A DNA stretch of 60,764 nt, counting the filler, from Hausera hauseri (Eukaryota): assembly GCA_046269625.1 (NCBI GenBank). It is 11 parts of 11 records of this genome, joined end to end, with 100 filler letters (N's around TTAATTAATTAA, not from the genome) between each part and the next. Parts side by side here need not be neighbours in the genome. Positions count along the whole stretch, not along the records: positions 52,451 to 60,764 come from JBJURY010687660.1; 10 more parts are not named here. The stretch is one strand, 5' to 3'. Shown one piece after another: positions 52,695-60,764 of this stretch (positions within the stretch are counted from its first letter, which is position 1; each line of letters begins with the position of its first letter). A program made the position numbers and the translations under genes. The notes beneath the pieces are model-generated. The model made no database searches. It worked only from the letters and a program-made list of their open reading frames with translations, and was not told the origin of the DNA.

Positions 52695-53918
52695 GTGAAA
52701 GAATTTAAAGCTTCTCCTAAAATTCATAAAGTATACAAATCGAATAAATTAAAGATATCAGCAAATAACCCATCTATAGCACAGAAACTTGATATATTTA
52801 CGTTCGATTCCTTAAACTTATTGGCATATGACGGAGACCCAGATGGGTTAAATGTCTTTTTAAGAACTTATAAATTGAATACAAAATGTGCCAGCCTTTC
52901 GCCCGAAGTTATGATTAAACGACTGTCATTATACTTAAGAAACCTGGCTGCGGACGCCTATAGTGAACTTGCCAACGACGAGAAGAAATCATGGTCCTCC
53001 GTAGTAAGAGCCCTGAACCGCAAACTGTTGCCGACGGTGACGCCTCAGCAAAAGCTTATGGCCATCCAAAACAGAACGCAACAAAAGGGTGAATTTGTCA
53101 TCCAATTTGCATTTGCACTGAAGAGGCTTGCTAATAGTTACGTGAGTACGCTAAGGATAGCTAATGCGGCAAAGGCAAAAATAGACGCGGAACGCGAAGC
53201 GGCAGAAAAAGCTCGCCCACCAGATTTAGATGTCATGATGACAACTCAATTAATAAACAGTATATGGTCCAGAGATTTAGTTAAGCAACTAATTCTGGCT
53301 CGACCAGGCAATTTCGAGACTGCATTACAGTTAGCACAGAATTTAGAAATGGCACTAGATAGATACGCTGACAGTGATAGATATGACCGAAATAATGATG
53401 GCGATAATCGGGAGAAAAACCGAAAAAATAGAAGATTTAACGATAATATTAACGACCGAGACTACGAGAATAGAACTCAAAATGCCACTAATCGCAACAC
53501 GCGATATGATAATAGGAACTTTAGTGCTAATCGGAACATATACAAAACAGGTTATAACCCGGATAGAAACCAAAATAATGACCGAAGTAATAAGAACCGA
53601 TATATAGATAATCGAAGTTTCAAAAATAGAAATAACGGAACTGACAAGCAAGCTCAAAACAACACAATAAGTAGACCCAAATCACCAGTGAATGAAGACG
53701 GAAGACAAAGGATCGGCCGAGACGGAAACCTGATTTGTTATTCATGTGGTAAGGAAGGACATATAGCTAGATCATGCCCTAATCCATGGAGTGTATCATT
53801 TGCAGAGACTAGTAAAGCTAGTACGATAAAAGATAATTTGGAAGGAATCTACGGAAAGCGAGGAATACAAAGGAATACGAAGAAAAGCTACACCAAATTG
53901 AAGTTTATCATGGGCTAA
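52695..53918 (+). CDS. gag: Gag with CCHC zinc knuckle
   Basis: YDGDP..FL, retrotransposon gag-like core (AADAY..L, QQKGEFVIQFAFAL), N/R-rich linker, CYSCGKEGHIARSC. Confidence 0.9.
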   Translation: MKEFKASPKIHKVYKSNKLKISANNPSIAQKLDIFTFDSLNLLAYDGDPDGLNVFLRTYKLNTKCASLSPEVMIKRLSLYLRNLAADAYSELANDEKKSWSSVVRALNRKLLPTVTPQQKLMAIQNRTQQKGEFVIQFAFALKRLANSYVSTLRIANAAKAKIDAEREAAEKARPPDLDVMMTTQLINSIWSRDLVKQLILARPGNFETALQLAQNLEMALDRYADSDRYDRNNDGDNREKNRKNRRFNDNINDRDYENRTQNATNRNTRYDNRNFSANRNIYKTGYNPDRNQNNDRSNKNRYIDNRSFKNRNNGTDKQAQNNTISRPKSPVNEDGRQRIGRDGNLICYSCGKEGHIARSCPNPWSVSFAETSKASTIKDNLEGIYGKRGIQRNTKKSYTKLKFIMG

Positions 53919-53968
53919 GAGAACCAAAAACGGAATACGAAAAAGCAATAGCACCTAAGAGTACTAAC

Positions 53969-56256
53969 ATGGCCAAAAAGAAAAATTTAAATCAAGCAGC
54001 GAAAGAGGAGAAAAAAGAAAAGCCGACTACGTCTTCAAGTGTAGACTTGGACGCAGATACCGAAATCGTGTCTCAAAATAAAGACAAAACAACGGACGAA
54101 GTTGAAAGTGAATTCATTGGGCCATTAATACTCAAGATAAACAAAAATAGAAGTAGAAGCCCCTCTCTTAGGAGAAGGTCGGGAACTCGCTCACGATCCC
54201 CTATTAAAAAGGGTGCAGAAAAGGAGGAAGACTTTACCATCACTTTAAGAGACGAAACAGAGTTAAATAATCCTGTAATAACCCAAAGCGTGCCGGAAAT
54301 AACAAATATCTCGAATATCGATGAAATTAATGAAATTGTCCATTACCACCTAGTGAAGAGGAATCGGAAGAGGAGAAATCTATCAAATTTAGGAAGAGTA
54401 AAAAATCTTGGAAAAATGCAAGCGAACTAACCAAAATAAGAGATACGCCGGATGATCCTGAAAGGCAACAAGAAAGCTTACAAAAACTTCAGAAGATGAT
54501 CAGGCAGTTGGATATCTCCGGAAAAGAACAACAATTTATAGAAAAGCTATATAAAAAGCTTAGATCCGGTTCTCAGAGAAAGGAAGAAAATACACCTTAC
54601 GAACTGCAAGAAATGCCGCAAGACTTGATAAAAGGTTAGCAAAATAAATTAGAACTATGGACAACGAGTGATGTTGATTTTACGAAAATATGGTGGAATA
54701 AAAACGAGCCGTTTCTTGACCAGGTTAATCAAGCGCAAGGGCTGTTAGACACACTTAAGAACAATCCAAAACTAAAACGCGTAAGACATAATTTAGAAGG
54801 ATTGATGTATGAGATTAAAGAAGCGATAATTTCTTATCTTCATAAAAAGCCGGTGTACGAACTGACTAATGCCGACTTAGAGGTACTGAATATAGACCAA
54901 ATCGATATTTCCTTTCTAATAAAAATGTGTAGCTTAATAAAGGATAAACCTCGGAAATACCCAGATTTAAAAATACGTATCGAAATAGAAAATGAAATAC
55001 GAGCCAAAATTAACGATTTTAAGATCGGTATAGTTTACTTTGAAAAGGCAGAAGCACAGAGAATAATACGTGCTTGTCTTCTCGAATTAGATGAGTATAG
55101 AGAAGAATTTAACTACGTGAAACAAATCATAGAATTTGTACGAGGATCAGATCACGAACTGAAAGAAGCTTTTGAGGCATTAAACGAAATAATATACGCC
55201 AAACCAGCAATATCTAAACAATTAAGGAAGTGGATAGACTTGTTACCTTCAATAGCAGGGATAATAAACGAAAGACTAAGAGAATTTGCTAGGGCTGAGC
55301 CTATAATGAAACACCAATTGGAAGAAATGCTAATAGATATTGGTACGATGGAAGATGAAGCGAAATTGCAAAGTTAATTGGAATCATTTCGAGAACTTGA
55401 ATTTATAAGCAAAGATCAAGACCAAACATCACTAACAGAGATATATAGTATGATAGAAGAGAAAAAATTCTTCAAAAAAAGAAATAAGCTAAACGACCTC
55501 CAGCGGAGTTTAGCTAACATTCGTTGGGAAGGGATACAGAACCTAATGCAGAAACCCTTGAAAGAAATATCAACACAGGAAATAGAAACATTAGAAGTGT
55601 GTAACGATTATCGGATTGCCCTAGCACAAACACTACAATATTTACAAAATCCAGCAAAATGGACGCCAGGTTTTGACTTACATTACCACACCAAACTAAC
55701 GGAAATTCGGAAGGATCTTCAGTTGACGGGCGATGAAGCCAACTTTATAGGCAGGTTAATGGAAGCAATAAATCCGGATGCTGAAGTAATATATCTAATG
55801 CACAAATTAATCATACTATTAATAGAAATGGCAGAAATTGAAGAAGTAGTAGCGAAATGACTAACAAATCGTATACGTCTAGTAAAAGAAACTCGGTTAC
55901 GCTCCGAGAAAAGACAACGCGAGCTAAATAAATTACTGAGAGAAACAGAAGTTTACAAAAACAAGTATTCCCTTACGAAATCTGAAATGAATGACAAAAC
56001 GGAATTTATACAGAAATGGCAACGAGACAGAATCGCAGAAATGACTAGTTATCGGGAGAAAGCCTTGATACAACCAGAAGAAATGTGCCGATTAATAACA
56101 TTGATACAACAAGCGTGCGGAAATAGAGACGGATTTAGAATATCCGTAATGAAAACATTGCAACCGCAGATAAGAGAATTACGCGAAAGAATCCAGGTCG
56201 GACATGCGGCACTAACGAACTACGAGTTACCTGACGCAGATAATGAAGCCGAGTAG
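53969..56256 (+). pseudogene. RS-rich linker plus long alpha-helical accessory domain of unknown function
   Basis: RSRSPSLRRRSGTRSRSP; ORFs 54802-55377, 55378-55860 and 55987-56256 share one frame, split by stops; homologous to 34393-36045. Confidence 0.75.
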
Positions 56257-56539
56257 GATGAATATCTCCAAGGTCTAACCGAGCAAAGTCAAAGAACTCC
56301 AATACAAATTTATGAGTCACCTACTGGTGCACAGAAGACGAAATTTGATGTGCAAATGCTACTTGATCCCACGCTAGCTGAAAAGGAACTGAGCAGTATG
56401 TTGAAAATAAACATAAGCGAAGATAAGTTAAGGAAATTTATTCCAACCTTGACTAAGCTATCCAGTGAAAATACCGCATACAGCGCCGTACCCAAGCTCT
56501 TAATAAAAGAATACGCTAAACTATTGAAAAATAAACAGG

Positions 56540-56775
56540 AAGCGGAAATCAAAGTGAAGGTATCATCCGACGGGATGGACAATAAGGAATTTGAATGCAC
56601 TACTTGCACCACCGTTTCGGATATAAAACAACGGATAATGGATAAAGAGGATAGAAAAGGAGTCAGTTACCGACTCTATTTCAGAGGTAGGATATTAGAC
56701 GAGCTAGAATCCTTGATAGATGTAGGGATTATACCTTCCGAGGAAAATCGAATAATAGCAATAATCGCCAGTTAG
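56540..56775 (+). CDS. Ubiquitin-like domain (within ORF 56350-56775)
   Basis: IKVKVSS...EFEC....TVSDIKQRI..K......YRLYFRGRILDELESLIDVGI follows the ubiquitin pattern; no C-terminal GG. Confidence 0.75.
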
Positions 56776-57462
56776 CAGACCAAAGACGAAGCCATAAGAA
56801 GGGCACATACAGAACATTGTGTTGGAAAAATCATGGGGATTCGAGATGCCGCAATGTATTTCGAATACTTACAGACTGATGATGACAACCCGCAATACGA
56901 TAGGAACTTAATCCCTCTAAGCGAAACCATACCACCGGTAAAACCAAAACGACCGGTCGGAAGACCAAGAAAAATGAAAGAAAATGACTATAACGCAGAC
57001 CTAATCAGGGAATTGAGACAATTATCGGTACCAACCCCGAGTTCAGATAACGAAGAACTAATTGAGCTAATGAAAGACTTAATCAGGATAGTCAATTATA
57101 CCGGACTCCAAGGCAACACTATCGGAGAAGAAAAAACTAATATATATAATATAGCCTGGACAATGAAGACTTCACGATTCAAATTGTCTAAAAGCACTCT
57201 TCCTGGCGAAACAGTAATTGATAGAATTATGATAGATAATACGATGGAAGAATTAAGGAAAGTCTTGAGATATTTAGCAGTAAGAACTAATCCACTTCGA
57301 GAAAACGAATTTGACAAGATAATTGGATTAGCTTGGAAAGCTGCAAGAAGGGTACCTAAAGAGATAAAATGGACTAAATTATTTGAAAAAGAGGATAATA
57401 CAAAAGGGACTAATAAGTTAGAAGACATGAAACGAAATATCTCTCCAAACAAAGAAAACGAA

Positions 57463-59240
57463 TTAAAATGGCTAATCAACTTACTGACAATAATGATGCT
57501 AGTAAAGCAGATAGGAGCCGTCACTATATATGATTGCGATAAATTCAAGGTGGGTAAGAAATATTCCTTGATGGACGTAGAAACATGCGAAGATGCGAGA
57601 CCTCATAAACTCGAGATAACAGAAAAAAGGTATATATTATATCAACAACGTGAATTAATAGCAATGGTTGCGACGAAATGCATAATACGACATCTCGCAG
57701 CGTTTTTCATTGTGGTAATATGCACGGACATTCTTCAATAATCAAACCAACACCATTAATCCCGATGAACGTAGATAGACAACACGTTTAGGAGCCTGGT
57801 TAACCGGTAAAATGGTCTGGAATGGCATGGAATTAGAGGCCCAAGAGGGAAAGATAATTAGAGCCTACAAAGTGGCAGTCGGAAAACTAAACATGCACAC
57901 CGGTTACTGCGTCGGAGCAGAATATGACAACGGAAAAGGAATAGAAGGAGGAATAGTAGTCGTAGATTTTACGAAACCGAGCTAAGATCCTTAAAAGCGA
58001 TGTTCCATAGTGTTACCAAACTATTCACCGAAAACCAAAAGTATCGTATTCAAGATGGTGCTTGCACATTTCGAAGTTAAAATTTAATGAGACAACCGGA
58101 AAACGCTATACAAATAAATTACACACTAATACGAGATCAAGGGAAGACGTAATAGAAAACTCCACACCGACCATATTGATATCGGATACACATGAGTTAA
58201 CGTTTATTAAAAAGGATATGTTAACGCGATGTGATGTGGTTATGTATGCCACAAATTACGAAGCATTTTTCGTAGCAGAAACCGAAATTAACATGAAAAC
58301 GTACGATTTGAAAAAGCAAGATATACGGATCAAAGATTACCTCAAAAATCGAGACGACTATTTTTATTACAAAGGACAGACCGGAATAGCAGAGCTATAC
58401 CACAAAATGATAATAAATGACTGCAGATTAGATACTGAAGTCATGAGAACCAAACTGGCCTTAATTTATGCCAAACCAGAATTGGTATCACCAATTATAC
58501 CAATGAAAGATGGTGTCTTTGGACGAGTTACCGGAGAAGTCCTACTAACTTACAAATGCGAAGAGACGTGCCGATCAACGTAGAAGAAAAAAGATGCATG
58601 CATGAATTACCAGTTATCTATGAGAATATGCCGAGACTAGTGATGCCACTCACTAGGGTATTATTGGTCAACTCAACCGAACCAACTATATTGAAGGAAT
58701 GCAAAACGAGCCTGGGTGAACCTATGTTTCGCCGTAGTGGAACAGACTGAATAAGTTTACCTAATGTAGGTGCCGCTACGGCCCCTAGTAAGCTAACTGG
58801 AACAAATCTAATCAAGGGATTATCGGAAGAGAAGTTCGAAGACACGGTTAATAAAGGGATTTATAATCCAAAGGACATAGAAGTTTTTAGGCAATTCTTA
58901 GCCTTTCAACGACAAGGAACTCATGAGCTGAATCGGGCCATGTCAATGGTAATGGATGATACCCGCTTTCAAGCAAAATGGGAATCATTACTTGGCGCCA
59001 ATCACTATCAAATAGTAACTTCGGAAATATAAGATTTGGGGAAGATTTTTGATCTTCGGACAAGCTGAATCTGGATTCCCAGCCATCTACTTTTTAGTCC
59101 AACTAATTAAAGCAGTGATCCAAGCCATCATCAACGGATATGAAATATTCACATTAACGGGATTTTCCTGCAAAATTCTGACTGCAATTATCACACCCTT
59201 CGGAAAAATGCTTAAGGTCTATAAAGAAAATCGATGGAAA
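57463..59240 (+). pseudogene. Chuvirus/gB-like (class III) fusion glycoprotein with signal peptide and TM (copy E)
   Basis: LKWLINLLTIMMLVKQIGA|VTIYDC..YSLMDVETC; TKCII..FHCGNMHGHSS; GEVLLTYKCE; CMHELPV..PLTRVL; C-terminal hydrophobic segment. Confidence 0.85.
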
Positions 59241-59889
59241 AATGATGTAGAACGCCACGTCGGATACTATAATCGCAAACGACGAGGGAGGCCCTCGATT
59301 TTGTATAAACGTAAAAACAAGAAAACCACAACACGAAAGGATGATTCAGATGATGACCAACCTAAGGGAAGAGAAGAGAATTATAGAATAAAGATGCACA
59401 AGATGTACTCAGTGATTAACGCGCCATTACCCATCCTGCCACCAACAGCACCAATATATGAAGATTTCGACCGCAAATCGGTCGTATCATGTAAGTCCGA
59501 AATCTATCAAAGGCGCATTAATTATGAAGACCCTTATGAAAAAACAAAACAATATGGAGTACTACGGAAAATGAGTGTTATCAACCGAGGACCAACAGAA
59601 AACGACCACGGAATATTATACTCAAAAAGGATACCGCGTCACATAGAATCAAAATCAAAGATCTTGGAGAACCCGAAACTGTGCTCGATCCCGGGTCCAC
59701 TACCTCAAGAACCCCTCATCGACAGTCACGTCAATGAAATGACGAATAATAATCTATACCCAAGTGGAGAATTGAGACAATTAAGAGAAAATATTCTCTC
59801 ATCGCCAGAGATAACAATAAATGGACACAGAGTATCTACCACAAAACAATCAAAGACAGCGTCGAATTGCTTTTGGACAGTAGTAGAAG

Positions 59890-60230
59890 GCAGACCTTTC
59901 GCTAAAATACATATTGAAGACTGGGACGTATGTCTTAATTGACACAGGATCAGAAAAGTCGTTTATAAAATACGAATCGATCCCAACTACACTACGGGAA
60001 CAACTGCGTCCACCGTTATCATCGGATCCTGGTAGTATAGGAGCATTTGGACAAGTATCAAAGCCGAAATTTAAATGGACTCCCACCGTTTATATAATGG
60101 GCTAAGCACTTCAACATGAATTTGCGATAATGGACCAATTAATGGACGATGTAGTACTAGGTTGTGATATATTGAAACAAATACTAGGCATGGCAATCAA
60201 TGTGCATAACGGAAAATTAATTGAGCTCGA
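59890..60230 (+). pseudogene. Retropepsin aspartic protease (copy E)
   Basis: RPFAKIHI / VLIDTGSEKSFI ... DVVLGCDIL; 1-nt frameshift before DTG. Confidence 0.88.
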
Positions 60231-60764
60231 ACCGATAAAAGGGACAAAAGTAATAAAGGAAAGGAAATCGGGCGAAGTATGGATTCTAGTAGATGAGGAC
60301 ATTCCGCCCAGAACTGAAATGATAATTTTTGCACAAATTCGTCAAGACGATGATCTACCGGTATATTTCGAACCCCAAGAAAATATCGATCCAAACCTCA
60401 TGCTCAGTAATATTCTGTGTAGAGTAGTAACGGGCCGAATACCTATCAGATTAATGACCAACGCAACAACTCCAGTGCGATTACACGCCAATACTAGTTT
60501 AGGTCATACTTGCAGAGTATCGGCAATAACGATAGAGGAAAAACCATACAAGTGCGCGGAATTTCCCCCTCATGTTGAAACCAAATTTTCTACTGAGGCG
60601 TATTGCAAATTCTATGAATTACTCTGTAAATACCGATCAATAATCGCACAAAATGAAGAAGACATCGGTAGAGCCAAGGCCCTACGATTAACAATTCCAT
60701 TAAGAAAGAAACCCGGCTCGAATGACGAAATCGATCTAGAAGAAAAGAAAATGCCCAAATGGTA

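Larger units (their letters stand above)
52451..60764 (+). mobile_element. Large gypsy family copy E, 5' ~8 kb: gag - accessory domains - Ubl - glycoprotein - protease - pre-RT region
   Basis: Continuous plus-strand coding fragments within one contig. Confidence 0.9.

Noticed and set aside
59914-59945. Programmed frameshift just before the protease DTG
   Set aside because: Copy A is in frame across the same position (PHPTVYFDSFDLNAMVDTG), so this is probably a 1-nt lesion.
60270-60530. dUTPase after the protease
   Set aside because: A beta-rich post-protease segment of this kind is common in gypsy pol, and the dUTPase catalytic motifs are not visible.
5894-60764. Treating the five large-family pieces as one physical element, or the two pPolB loci as one inverted repeat
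   Set aside because: They lie in separate contigs and are divergent paralogues; linker adjacency carries no positional information.

Overview
AT-rich eukaryotic, probably metazoan, repeat-rich DNA. The window is 11 short contigs joined by artificial 100-nt linkers (44N-TTAATTAATTAA-44N), so order across linkers is not biological. Most of it is decayed mobile DNA: Ty3/gypsy LTR elements, two Polinton/adintovirus-type protein-primed DNA polymerase loci plus an adenain-like protease, Tc1, mariner, piggyBac and RTE remnants, a ~68-bp satellite and an axonemal dynein heavy-chain pseudogene fragment. The main observation is five divergent pieces (5894-13079, 18480-21243, 26599-28078, 34393-38729, 52451-60764) of what appears to be one large, virus-like Ty3/gypsy family. 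Its inferred layout is: gag(CCHC) - RS-rich linker - ~550-aa helical domain - ubiquitin-like domain - AT-hook - internal signal peptide - chuvirus/gB-like fusion glycoprotein - TM - tail with PTAP/YPxL motifs - protease - RT - RNase H - integrase - second internal signal peptide - Cys/FN3-like type I membrane protein - ORF with an apparently inactive REXO4/ISG20-like exonuclease domain. The env-like gene therefore lies between gag and protease rather than after pol. All family assignments are by-eye motif recognition; no searches were run, and the full layout is a composite across contigs.
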